This document shows, piece after piece, positions 19,056-27,691 of a stretch of 64,000 bases of DNA. Below the pieces are notes generated by a model. It was not told where the DNA came from. It ran no database searches and saw nothing but the letters and a program-made list of their open reading frames with translations. Numbering within the stretch: position 1 is the stretch's first letter; every line of letters begins with the position of its first letter. Made by a program: the position numbers and the translations under genes. The stretch is from Chitinophagales bacterium (GTDB lineage Bacteria; Bacteroidota; Bacteroidia; Chitinophagales; UBA10324): contig JANWXQ010000105.1 of assembly GCA_025057275.1 (NCBI GenBank), forward strand, positions 53,943-117,942. Reading direction: 5' to 3'.

Positions 19056-19628
19056 TCAGGGGCTATACAGCTTGTGCCGCAGCATGTAGCGCCGCACAGC
19101 TTCAGGTACCAGATAACGCACCGATTGACCGCGCCGCAAACGGGAGCGAATGCCGGATGCGGAAACCGGCAGGGTTGGCGCATCGAAAAAACGGATGTTG
19201 GGCAGTGGCATCATTTCCTGCTGCTTGGAGGAAGAACGCCGGTACACCAGAACCGGATAGTTCCGCATCAGTTCCTTGCCGTTCTTCCAACGGGGCAGGC
19301 TGTGCAAGGTATCCGAACCCATCAGCAGGGCAAAGGATCTGCGCGGGTATCGTTCCTTCAGCACCTGAAGGGTACGAACGGAGTAAGACGGTGTAGGCAG
19401 ATGCAATTCAATGTCGGAAACATGAAACCGACGATTGCCAGCCACAGCAAGTTGCACCATGCGCAGACGATGCCGGACATCCGCCAGTTGCGCTGGTTTT
19501 TTAAACGGATTTTGGGGGGAAACCACAAACCATACGGCACTGAGGCCGGCTTCATCGCAGAGAAATTCGGCAACAATGAGATGGCCGATGTGTATCGGAT
19601 TAAATGAACCAAAGAACAGTCCGGTCAT
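19056..19628 (-). CDS. nadD: Nicotinate-nucleotide adenylyltransferase
   Basis: From the ATG at 19628 the product starts MTGLFFGSFNPIHIGHLIVAE (the (H/T)xGH nucleotidyltransferase motif). The C-terminal ISASGIR-like motif is VSASGIRSRL. The track start at 19661 is a TTG 11 codons upstream. Confidence 0.9.
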   Translation of the reverse strand: MTGLFFGSFNPIHIGHLIVAEFLCDEAGLSAVWFVVSPQNPFKKPAQLADVRHRLRMVQLAVAGNRRFHVSDIELHLPTPSYSVRTLQVLKERYPRRSFALLMGSDTLHSLPRWKNGKELMRNYPVLVYRRSSSKQQEMMPLPNIRFFDAPTLPVSASGIRSRLRRGQSVRYLVPEAVRRYMLRHKLYSP

Positions 19629-19704
19629 CTGACAAGCAATCGGCAAGTCCTCATGCGGCAAAATAAGCCTTTGTCAGAAAAGCCGGAGGAACAGCCGGCG
19701 GGAG

Positions 19705-20217
19705 TTACAGCGGTTTGAAACGCTCAAAGAGCTGCCCGCAGCCTGTGCAAAAATGGGTGCTGCGGCATAGAGTGGTTCCAAACAGGGAATGCAGGTGCGT
19801 ATCGTTACTGCCGCAAAACGGACAGGTTGCCTGTCCAAGCGTTTGTTCTGTCCATGGACTATCGAACTGCGGAGGAGGCGCCAAGCCGAGCGCCTGAAGC
19901 TTTTTCCGACCCGATTCGCTTATGCGGTTGCTTGACCAGGGAGTCTGGCTGTCGCGAAGGACTTCCACCTCAGCGAACCCCAGGCCACGCAGCTGTTCCG
20001 CTACGTTAAGCTGAATCAGCGCAGTGGCCGGACATGCCGTGTACGTGGGAATGATCTTGACCTGCACGCGATTGTCATTCACTTTGATTTCGCTAACCAT
20101 ACCCAGGTCCACAATGGACAGATCAGGCAATTCCGGATCATGCACCTGAGCAAGCGCATCCCAAACCGCCTGCAGGCTGAGCACCGGCGTCCGTTGTTTT
20201 ATATGCTCCGTTACCAT
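19705..20217 (-). CDS. paaD: 1,2-phenylacetyl-CoA epoxidase subunit PaaD (PaaJ)
   Basis: 170 aa with VHDPELPDLSIVDLGMV and IPTYTACPA, plus the C-terminal Cys cluster CPFCGSNDTHLHSLFGTTLCRSTHFCTGCGQLFERFKPL. Confidence 0.85.
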   Translation of the reverse strand: MVTEHIKQRTPVLSLQAVWDALAQVHDPELPDLSIVDLGMVSEIKVNDNRVQVKIIPTYTACPATALIQLNVAEQLRGLGFAEVEVLRDSQTPWSSNRISESGRKKLQALGLAPPPQFDSPWTEQTLGQATCPFCGSNDTHLHSLFGTTLCRSTHFCTGCGQLFERFKPL

Positions 20218-20963
20218 GAGGCTTCAGGTTGCGAACGGATAACGGCAGCCATTTCATCCAACAGCGGTTGCAGAAATTCAGTATGGTATCCTTTTCTTCC
20301 TCCCCAGCCTGCTGGGGCATCGGACAGCGCCGGCACCTGAAAGCCCCAGGAAAGCAACCGGTGTTCCACTTCAAGGAACCAGCGGTTTTTCAGGATTTCT
20401 TCTCCTGCAAAAACCCCTGTGCCGGCCAGCTCCTGTTCGTACGGGCCCGGCTCGAAAATGCCCATGGCCAGGGGAAAGGCATCGTTGAGCGCTGCCTGCA
20501 AACGGGCATGGCTCTCTTCCGAACCGCGGGCCAACCGTTGCAACAACGTATTGGCGTGCAGGATATGGTATTTTAATTCTCCCGAAATGCGATTGGCAAA
20601 ATGAGCCATAGGAGCAAAGGAAGACTGCCGCAACATCTGATAGCGTAACCATTCGGCATGATCAAACAAAAAATGACGCATCAGGGTAAAATCGTAGTCG
20701 CCGTTGGGGTGTTCCACGAGGTGACAGCAACGAAAGTCGGCAGGCTTGCGGCTGAACGCCATCGTGTCGGGATCGGGGCCGGCAAAATGTTCCTGTAATA
20801 AGGTGTACAGCGCCAGGGCATGACCGATTTTGTCCTGGGCCATAGAAGCCATGGCAATGTCTTCTTCCAGAATGGGCCCCAGACCGGTCCATTCGCTGTG
20901 GCGATGACCGATAATGAGGGCATCGTCGGCCATTTTAGTGATCAGCTCAACGGTCGGATTCAT
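20211..20963 (-). CDS. paaC: 1,2-phenylacetyl-CoA epoxidase subunit PaaC (PaaI)
   Basis: The homologous start MNPTVELITKMADDALIIGHRHSEWTGLGPILEEDIAMASMAQDKIGHAL is Met129 of the 378-aa track ORF (ATG at 20963). The upstream part of that ORF overlaps paaB in another frame and was trimmed. Confidence 0.85.
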   Translation of the reverse strand: MNPTVELITKMADDALIIGHRHSEWTGLGPILEEDIAMASMAQDKIGHALALYTLLQEHFAGPDPDTMAFSRKPADFRCCHLVEHPNGDYDFTLMRHFLFDHAEWLRYQMLRQSSFAPMAHFANRISGELKYHILHANTLLQRLARGSEESHARLQAALNDAFPLAMGIFEPGPYEQELAGTGVFAGEEILKNRWFLEVEHRLLSWGFQVPALSDAPAGWGGRKGYHTEFLQPLLDEMAAVIRSQPEASW

Positions 20964-21351
20964 GGAGCTGCGCCTGTTTGTAAGAACTGATTTTGTGTCT
21001 GAGGCGGTATCCGCTGGCCTCACGGTAAGTCTTGTCAGGGGTAGTGGAAAACATATCTTCGTTTTCATAACCTGAAATATGGATTTGCGATGAGGGCACC
21101 ACCCAAAGGCTGGAGCAATGCTGGCGCCGGGCAAACTGTTCTTTGGCAAAGACCAGCGCGAGCTCGGGGTCAGGTGCATGCACAGAGCCGACGTGCACGT
21201 GCTGCTCCCCGCGACGTCGCTGGTGAAACACTTCGTAAGTAACCCATTCTTCCGGTTGCTGCAACGGATGAAAATCGGCAAAGAAAGTGCCCAACCGCTG
21301 CACGCGGGGGTCTTCACTGTTCCACTGTATGCCGCTTTTATCGTCAATCAT
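20947..21351 (-). CDS. paaB: 1,2-phenylacetyl-CoA epoxidase subunit PaaB
   Basis: 134 aa. YEVFHQRRRGEQHVHVGSVHAPDPELALVFAKEQFARRQHCSSLWVV is the conserved PaaB core. It overlaps the paaC start by 17 nt. Confidence 0.85.
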   Translation of the reverse strand: MIDDKSGIQWNSEDPRVQRLGTFFADFHPLQQPEEWVTYEVFHQRRRGEQHVHVGSVHAPDPELALVFAKEQFARRQHCSSLWVVPSSQIHISGYENEDMFSTTPDKTYREASGYRLRHKISSYKQAQLHESDR

Positions 21352-21369
21352 ACCAAAACGTGTCCTCCC

Positions 21370-22353
21370 TCAGGCAAAAGGAATGGTTACTGATTGCTGC
21401 GGATTCATAATGGCCTGCCGAATCCAGCGGCCCTGCGCTTCGGCCAGGCGGCGAACGGCAAGGCGCTCTGCATTACAGGGACCGTCACCATTGATGACCC
21501 GGTAAAACTCAGCCCAGTCGGGGTCGCCAAACTGCCAGCGGCCGGTCTGCGGGTCTTTGCGCAGTTCGGGATCGGGAAAAGTAATGTCCAACTCCAGCAC
21601 CTTGGGTACATAGGAATCCAGAAACTGATTGCGCATGTCGTCGTTGGACGCCATTTTCACTTTCCAGCGCATGAGCTGTTTGCTGTGCTTGGATTCCTGA
21701 TCCGGGGGCCCGAAGAAATGAATGATGGGCCTGTACCATCGGTTCACGGCATCCTGCAACATCGCCCGTTGGCTTTTTGTGCCCGTAGCAAGTGCGACAA
21801 ATGCATCGTAACCCTGTTTGAGGTGGAAAGATTCTTCATAGCAAATGCGTTCCAGCGCCCGGCAATAAGGTCCGTAACTGCCCTTGGAATTGGCCACCTG
21901 GTTGACAATCGCAGCCGCATCGATCAAAAAGCCGATCACCGCTACGTCGGCCCAGGTTTTGGCCGGATAGTTGAACACGTTGCTGTACTTGGATTTACCG
22001 CTGAGTAAATCATTGACCATGTCGGCACGCGACTTACCCAGCGTTTCTGCTGCGCTGTACAACAACTGGGCATGGCCGACTTCATCCTGCACCTTGGCAA
22101 TCAGGGCCAGCTTGCGCTTAAAGCCCGGCGCCCTTGTGATCCAGGCACCTTCGGGCAGCGCGCCCATGATTTCGCTATGGGCATGCTGTTCAATAAGCCG
22201 TATTAACTGACGCCGGTATTCATAAGGCATCCAATCCTGCGGTTCGATTTTTTCTCCGCGGTCAATGCGGGCTTCAAATTCTGCCAGCTTCTCGGGATCA
22301 TCAGGAGGAATCTGATGTTCCGGATCGCTGAAAACGTAACCTCCGCCGTACAT
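21370..22353 (-). CDS. paaA: 1,2-phenylacetyl-CoA epoxidase catalytic subunit PaaA
   Basis: 327 aa with [61 protein letters not shown]. These are the di-iron ligand motifs (E...H, EVGH). Confidence 0.92.
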   Translation of the reverse strand: MYGGGYVFSDPEHQIPPDDPEKLAEFEARIDRGEKIEPQDWMPYEYRRQLIRLIEQHAHSEIMGALPEGAWITRAPGFKRKLALIAKVQDEVGHAQLLYSAAETLGKSRADMVNDLLSGKSKYSNVFNYPAKTWADVAVIGFLIDAAAIVNQVANSKGSYGPYCRALERICYEESFHLKQGYDAFVALATGTKSQRAMLQDAVNRWYRPIIHFFGPPDQESKHSKQLMRWKVKMASNDDMRNQFLDSYVPKVLELDITFPDPELRKDPQTGRWQFGDPDWAEFYRVINGDGPCNAERLAVRRLAEAQGRWIRQAIMNPQQSVTIPFA

Positions 22354-22356
22354 GGT

Positions 22357-22965
22357 TTAGCTTTTGTGATGTTTTGCCTGATCGCCAACGGCAATGCCGT
22401 TCAGCACAATGCCTGCTATGTGATCGGTAACTTCCTGCGGGGAAAAGCGCTGCTGAACTTCCTTCCACTCATGCAACCCGTTCAGCAGACTGAACAGGGT
22501 GTAGACAACCACGTTCTGGTCCATCTGCCGAAAAAGGCCCTGGTTCATTCCCTGGCTCAATACCTGACGGACCTGCTCTTCGTAACGGCGGCGCAACTCC
22601 AGAAACTGACTGAGCCATGGCTCACTGAGATGACGCCACTCCCGGAAAAACACCGCCGATGCAGAAAAGTTCTTCAGCACAACGCCCACGTGTTCGCGGA
22701 TGATGGCCTGCAGCTGGGCTGCCGGCAGATGGTGTTCGCTTAAAGCCCGGTTTAAGCCGGAGAAAAACTCATCGGCCATCCGGAAACAGATTTCCTTCAA
22801 TATGCTGCCTTTGGATTCGTAATGGTTGTAAAAGCTGGCCGCTTCAATCCCTACCTCTTTGGCCAGATCGCGCATGCTTACGGCCATATATCCCTTTTCG
22901 TGAAAGTGCTCACTGGCCACCTGCGCTATCTGGTCTTTTCGGTCGGGAGTTTTCTTTTCCGGCAT
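22357..22965 (-). CDS. TetR-family transcriptional regulator, first gene of the paa operon (PaaR-like by position)
   Basis: 202 aa. The N-terminal HTH is IAQVASEHFHEKGYMAVSMRDLAKEVGIEAASFYNHYESK. Its stop lies only 3 nt before the paaA ATG. Confidence 0.85.
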   Translation of the reverse strand: MPEKKTPDRKDQIAQVASEHFHEKGYMAVSMRDLAKEVGIEAASFYNHYESKGSILKEICFRMADEFFSGLNRALSEHHLPAAQLQAIIREHVGVVLKNFSASAVFFREWRHLSEPWLSQFLELRRRYEEQVRQVLSQGMNQGLFRQMDQNVVVYTLFSLLNGLHEWKEVQQRFSPQEVTDHIAGIVLNGIAVGDQAKHHKS

Positions 22966-22968
22966 AGA

Positions 22969-22982
22969 CTAACAATTGTTAG
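22969..22982. promoter_or_regulatory. Perfect 14-bp palindrome CTAACAATTGTTAG, candidate TetR operator
   Basis: The 7+7 inverted repeat was read directly. It starts 4 nt upstream of the TetR ATG (22965-22963) in the TetR/aat divergent intergenic region. Confidence 0.5.
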
Positions 22983-23094
22983 CAAAGATAAGACCAAATC
23001 AGTCATCAGCGACGCGCAGCGCTCTCAGGCGGATGTTGCAGCAAAAAGGGCAGTCAAAGTGCCTCTGTGGCCACAGCCTGCTGTTATTTTGCTC

Positions 23095-23787
23095 ATGATG
23101 TTTGTGTTGAATTTTATTTCAGACGGCGATTTTCCCGACCCGCAGCAGACCCTGCCAGACGGACTCGTTTGCCTCAGCAAACGATTTACGGCTTCCATGG
23201 TCCTGAAGGCTTACCGGCAGGGCATATTTCCCTGGTTCCGAGAAGGAGGATTCGTTCACTGGTACTGCCCTCCGCAGCGAATGATCCTGTATCCCGGCCA
23301 GCTGCACATAAGCCACAGCCTGAAAACGTTGCTCAACAGCAAGCGGTTTTCTGTTACCGTAAACCGGTGTTTTCAGCAGGTCATCACCCAATGCGCCCGC
23401 ACCCACCTCCGGCAAAAGGGCTCTACATGGATCGACCAGGCTTTTGTACGCGTGTATTCCAAGCTGCATGAACTGCGCAAAGCGTTAAGCATTGAAGTCT
23501 GGCAGAACGACCGGCTGGCCGGCGGATTGTATGGTGTGGTCATGGGCAGTATGCTTTGCGGGGAAAGCATTTTTTCCCAGATGCCTGATGCAGGAAAAGT
23601 GGCCTTGGTTTTTCTCTGCCGAGAGCTTCCCTTCACCGTGATTGATTGTCAGGTGCCCAGTCCGTTTTTGGAGCAGATGGGCGGCACAAGGCTGCCACGG
23701 AAACAGTTTTTGCAATTGCTCAGCCAGTGCCTCAGCGAAAAGGACCGCTGGCCTGAAGTTTCTGCCGTACCTGCCGGCAATTCCTGA
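23095..23787 (+). CDS. aat: Leucyl/phenylalanyl-tRNA--protein transferase
   Basis: From the ATG at 23095 the product starts MMFVLNFISDGDFPDPQQTLPDGLVCLSKRFTASMVLKAYRQGIFPWF. Later motifs are GGLYGVVMGSMLCGESIFS and DCQVPSPFLEQMGG. The track ORF start at 22822 overlaps the TetR gene and was trimmed. Confidence 0.88.
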   Translation: MMFVLNFISDGDFPDPQQTLPDGLVCLSKRFTASMVLKAYRQGIFPWFREGGFVHWYCPPQRMILYPGQLHISHSLKTLLNSKRFSVTVNRCFQQVITQCARTHLRQKGSTWIDQAFVRVYSKLHELRKALSIEVWQNDRLAGGLYGVVMGSMLCGESIFSQMPDAGKVALVFLCRELPFTVIDCQVPSPFLEQMGGTRLPRKQFLQLLSQCLSEKDRWPEVSAVPAGNS

Positions 23788-23924
23788 GGCTGCAGGCACC
23801 AGCCGGCCGGTTAGCTTTCCACAGAAGAAATCTTACTTTTAAGTGCATATTGTTATGCAACGATATGGAAGCGGAAAAATGGCAGGAAGAAGCTGACGAG
23901 CTTGACATGCAGCACATGCCTCCC

Positions 23925-25460
23925 ATGGCGCGGGTTTACGGTAGCGCCGTGGACGGAATCAATGCGCTGACCATCACGGTTGAAGTCACCATCATGAGCG
24001 GCATCAAGGTGTTCGTGGTGGGCCTTCCGGACAATGCAGTCAAAGAAGCCGTGCATCGCATCGAATCCGCCATAACGCATTGTGGTTACCGGATGCCCAG
24101 GCGCAAAACGGTTATCAACCTGAGTCCTGCTGATCTGCGCAAAGAGGGCAGCAGTTACGATCTGACCATGGCCATCGGCATTTTGGCTGCTTCCGGACAA
24201 GTGCAGGCGGAGGAACTGGGCCGCTACATCATCATGGGCGAGTTGTCGCTGGATGGCACCCTGCAACCCATTACCGGCGCCCTGCCGATAGCCATACAGG
24301 CACGAAACGAAGCGTTCACCGGCTTCATTCTACCGAGGGCCAATGCACGGGAAGCTGCCATTGTCAATAAGCTCACGGTTTATGCTGCCGACCACCTGCG
24401 CGATGTGGTGGATTTTTTTAACAAGCAGCGATCGCTGGAGCAGGTAGTGGTGGATACACGAGCGGAATTTGCCCGCATGCAGCAGCAGGCCGAATTTGAT
24501 TTTGCCGATGTCAGGGGTCAGGAAAACATCAAGCGGGCCATGGAGATCGCCGCTGCGGGCGGCCACAACCTTATTCTGATTGGTCCGCCCGGAGCCGGTA
24601 AAACCATGCTGGCACGCCGGCTGCCTTCCATCCTGCCGCCGCTATCGCTGCAGGAAGCTCTGGAAACCACCAAGATTCATTCCGTTGCCGGTAAACTGGC
24701 GCATCACACGGCATTGCTTTCGGTAAGACCGTTTCGTTCACCCCATCATACCATCAGCGATGTGGCCCTGGTCGGTGGCGGCATACATCCGCAGCCCGGA
24801 GAAATATCGCTGGCCCATAACGGCGTATTGTTTCTGGATGAGCTGCCCGAATTCAAACGCACGGTGCTGGAGGTGCTGCGTCAGCCGATGGAAGAGCGCA
24901 GGGTAGTGATTTCCAGGGCGCGTTTTTCGGTAGAATATCCAGCCAACTTCATGCTGGTGGCGGCCATGAACCCCTGTCCGTGCGGTTTTTACAATCATCC
25001 GGAAAAAGAATGTGTATGTGCGCCAGCAGCCATTCAAAAATATCTGAATAAAATATCCGGCCCGCTGATGGATCGAATTGACCTGCATGTGGAAGTAACA
25101 CCGGTGGCCTACCGCGATCTGGCATCGGCCCGGCCGGGGGAATTCAGCGAGGCCATCCGGGAGCGGGTAGTGGCTGCCCGTCAACGGCAGGCTGAACGGT
25201 TCCGGTCCAGCGATGGCATCCACTGCAATGCCCAGATGACTCCGGCACTCATGCGGCAGCATTGCCGGATTCCGGCTCAGGGCGAAACGCTGATCAAATC
25301 GGCAATGGAAAAACTGGGTTTATCGGCCCGCGCTTACGACCGCATTCTCAAAGTAGCCCGCACCCTGGCCGACCTGAACGGCACGGAACATATTCAGTTG
25401 GCTGATCTGGCCGAAGCCATACAGTACCGGAGTCTGGATAAAGAGCGATGGCAATTTTAG
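23925..25460 (+). CDS. comM: YifB/ComM-family Mg-chelatase-like AAA+ ATPase
   Basis: It starts MARVYGSAVDGINALTITVEV (Lon-protease-like N-domain). Walker A is LILIGPPGAGKTMLARRLPSILPPL, followed by VLFLDELPEF and a C-terminal ChlI-like helical domain. Start chosen at Met26 of the track ORF. Confidence 0.9.
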   Translation: MARVYGSAVDGINALTITVEVTIMSGIKVFVVGLPDNAVKEAVHRIESAITHCGYRMPRRKTVINLSPADLRKEGSSYDLTMAIGILAASGQVQAEELGRYIIMGELSLDGTLQPITGALPIAIQARNEAFTGFILPRANAREAAIVNKLTVYAADHLRDVVDFFNKQRSLEQVVVDTRAEFARMQQQAEFDFADVRGQENIKRAMEIAAAGGHNLILIGPPGAGKTMLARRLPSILPPLSLQEALETTKIHSVAGKLAHHTALLSVRPFRSPHHTISDVALVGGGIHPQPGEISLAHNGVLFLDELPEFKRTVLEVLRQPMEERRVVISRARFSVEYPANFMLVAAMNPCPCGFYNHPEKECVCAPAAIQKYLNKISGPLMDRIDLHVEVTPVAYRDLASARPGEFSEAIRERVVAARQRQAERFRSSDGIHCNAQMTPALMRQHCRIPAQGETLIKSAMEKLGLSARAYDRILKVARTLADLNGTEHIQLADLAEAIQYRSLDKERWQF

Positions 25461-25466
25461 GCCCGC

Positions 25467-26561
25467 TCAATAATCCAGCAGGCGGCCTTTTACCAGAAAG
25501 CGAAACCTTTTTCCCTGCATTTCGGCCTGAACCACATCATAGTCCAGCCGGGTAACCAGGTAATTGGCCGGCGGCAAGGGAATCAACCGGCCGGCCAAAA
25601 ACTGCTGCAACCGCCCGCTGCGGTCGGTGAATAATACGCTGTTCTGACTAATCTGAAAATTTTCTATGGGTGCATTTTCCAGCTTGTACAGCTCGCCGTG
25701 GTACAGCACCTGCGTTTGTTGCAGCTCATCGCTGAACAACACCACATGATCTCTGACGGCCAGCAGTTCCGGTTCGTAATTTCCCAGATCATAGAGATCG
25801 CCGTTTTGAAACACGCGAAATGCTCCTTCGCGATTGACGTAAGCCACCGTGCCGTTGCCCACCTGAAAAGTTTTCGGATTGAATTGCTCCAGGGTGTATT
25901 CGTCGCCGCGATAAAACACATGCAGACCGGGTTCGTGCAGGTCGGTATAAGCCAGCAAATCGGTTCCGGCCAGAATGCGTTCCGGATTGGCCGGCTGCAA
26001 ATCATAAATCTGATCGTTCCAGAAGGCGTTCAGCACTCCCTCATACGGCTTAAAGGCCACGATGTTGGGTCCGCTGGCCATCACCTTTACCGCTGGGTTA
26101 ACACTGACGGCTTCCACCACCTGCCTTACGCGGCCTCTGAAATAGATATGGAAATTTCTGGTGGCTGCATCCAACCAGGCAAAAAGGCTGTCGGTTAACA
26201 CGTATGTTCCCGGAAAGCGGGTAAGCAAAACAGGGCGATCCTGATCCCATACGTAAAGCCCACCAGGTGTGCGCATGTAAATGAGCGATGCGCTGACGCC
26301 GTATTCGGTAACCACGGCATCAAACGGTTTGTGCAGCTTGCCGGATTGAACGATGCGCAGATCGCCGCGGTTGTCGGTGAAGGCAACCGCATTTCCACCG
26401 ATCTGCTGGTTGCGGGGTGGCAAAAAATCCAGGCGGCGAAATACGCTATCGTCCAGCAGGATAAACTCATCGCGCAGATTGACGAAAGCCGAATAGGGTT
26501 GCGCAGAAGCGATCTGCAGGGAAATCAGCAGCAGGAAAAACAACCAAAAGCACTTAATCAT
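25467..26561 (-). CDS. Secreted hypothetical protein made of about 10 tandem ~35-aa repeats (beta-rich, propeller- or solenoid-like)
   Basis: 364 aa with an ATG start and signal peptide MIKCFWLFFLLLISLQIASA|Q. The repeat pattern is h-h-A-[FY]-x-D-x(2,3)-G-x-h-x-V-[FY]-x-x-G-x-h-[YH]-x-L. I recognise no enzymatic motif. Confidence 0.7.
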   Translation of the reverse strand: MIKCFWLFFLLLISLQIASAQPYSAFVNLRDEFILLDDSVFRRLDFLPPRNQQIGGNAVAFTDNRGDLRIVQSGKLHKPFDAVVTEYGVSASLIYMRTPGGLYVWDQDRPVLLTRFPGTYVLTDSLFAWLDAATRNFHIYFRGRVRQVVEAVSVNPAVKVMASGPNIVAFKPYEGVLNAFWNDQIYDLQPANPERILAGTDLLAYTDLHEPGLHVFYRGDEYTLEQFNPKTFQVGNGTVAYVNREGAFRVFQNGDLYDLGNYEPELLAVRDHVVLFSDELQQTQVLYHGELYKLENAPIENFQISQNSVLFTDRSGRLQQFLAGRLIPLPPANYLVTRLDYDVVQAEMQGKRFRFLVKGRLLDY

Positions 26562-26637
26562 AGCAAGCGAAGGAACAGAAAACCCGCAAAAAATATGAAT
26601 TGATCATGAGGATGCAAGGGGTTACGAAACAGGGGCT

Positions 26638-27639
26638 TCAGGCAGAAACGGCGATTTCGCAACCGGCATAGCGCTCTTCCAGGTGTTCCAACAGTTCAAA
26701 AATTTCTTCTGCATCATCCAGTCTGACCAATTGATCGCGATAGGTTTTGATGCCGGGCAGGCTGCGGAAGTAATTGCTGTAATGGCGCCGCATTTCCAGA
26801 ACACCCAAACGGACGCCTTTCCAGGAGATGGAATGATTCAGGTGCGTACGCACAGCCGCGACGCGTTCTGCGATCGTGGGCGGTGGAAGTTCGTTTCCGG
26901 TGGATAGATAGTGCTTGATCCGGTTGAAAATCCACGGGTTTCCAATAGCTGCCCGGCCGATCATGACACCGTCCACCCCATAGCGCTGCCTGATGAACGC
27001 TACCTGTTGCGGTGTGGTCACATCGCCATTAAGAAAAACAGGAATGCGGATTCGGGGATTGTTTTTTACTTCTCCGATGAGATCCCAGTTGGCCTCACCC
27101 TTGTACATCTGTTCGCGGGTGCGGCCATGAATGGTCAGGGCAGCAATGCCGGCATCCTGAAGGCGTACCGCCACTTCCTGAATGTTGATGGAGGCAGCAT
27201 CCCAGCCCAGGCGGGTTTTCACCGTTACGGGCAGCCGGCTTCTGCGAACAATCCGGGATGTCATTTCCACCATTTTGGGTACATCTTTCAGGATGGCTGC
27301 ACCGGCGCCTTTGCAGGTAACGGCCTTAACGGGGCATCCGAAGTTGATGTCAATCAGGTCGGGGCGGGCGGCTTCAATAATGTCGACACAATCCGTCATC
27401 ACCTCAATATCGCCGCCGAAAATCTGAATGCCGATAGGTCGTTCGGCCTCGCTGAAGTCCAGCTTTTGAACGCTTTTGGCCGCATGGCGAATCAGGCCTT
27501 CCGATGAAATGAATTCAGTAAACATCAGATCGGCGCCGTGTTGTTTGCACAGCGCCCGGAACGGCGGGTCGCTCACATCTTCCATCGGCGCCAGTAACAG
27601 CGGAAATGCGCCGAGATTCAGGTTGCCGATCTGCACCAT
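26638..27639 (-). CDS. dusB: tRNA-dihydrouridine synthase
   Basis: 333 aa with LLLAPMEDVSDPPFR, IDINFGCPV, VTVKTRLGWD and LTIHGRTREQMY, the Dus FMN/TIM-barrel motifs. Confidence 0.9.
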   Translation of the reverse strand: MVQIGNLNLGAFPLLLAPMEDVSDPPFRALCKQHGADLMFTEFISSEGLIRHAAKSVQKLDFSEAERPIGIQIFGGDIEVMTDCVDIIEAARPDLIDINFGCPVKAVTCKGAGAAILKDVPKMVEMTSRIVRRSRLPVTVKTRLGWDAASINIQEVAVRLQDAGIAALTIHGRTREQMYKGEANWDLIGEVKNNPRIRIPVFLNGDVTTPQQVAFIRQRYGVDGVMIGRAAIGNPWIFNRIKHYLSTGNELPPPTIAERVAAVRTHLNHSISWKGVRLGVLEMRRHYSNYFRSLPGIKTYRDQLVRLDDAEEIFELLEHLEERYAGCEIAVSA

Positions 27640-27691
27640 AGCGGATTGCCCTCAAAGTTCCGGCAGCGCAAAGCATTTTCAAAACAAGTGA

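Noticed and set aside
20964-21347. N-terminal 128 codons of the 378-aa track ORF 20211-21347
   Set aside because: This part overlaps paaB in a different frame and has no PaaC similarity. The PaaC homology starts at Met129 (ATG at 20963).
22822-23094. Upstream extension of the aat ORF (and likewise 46776-47066 for the MFS transporter)
   Set aside because: The extensions run antisense through the neighbouring divergent genes (TetR; nucleotidyltransferase). The conserved N-termini start at the internal ATGs 23095 and 47067.
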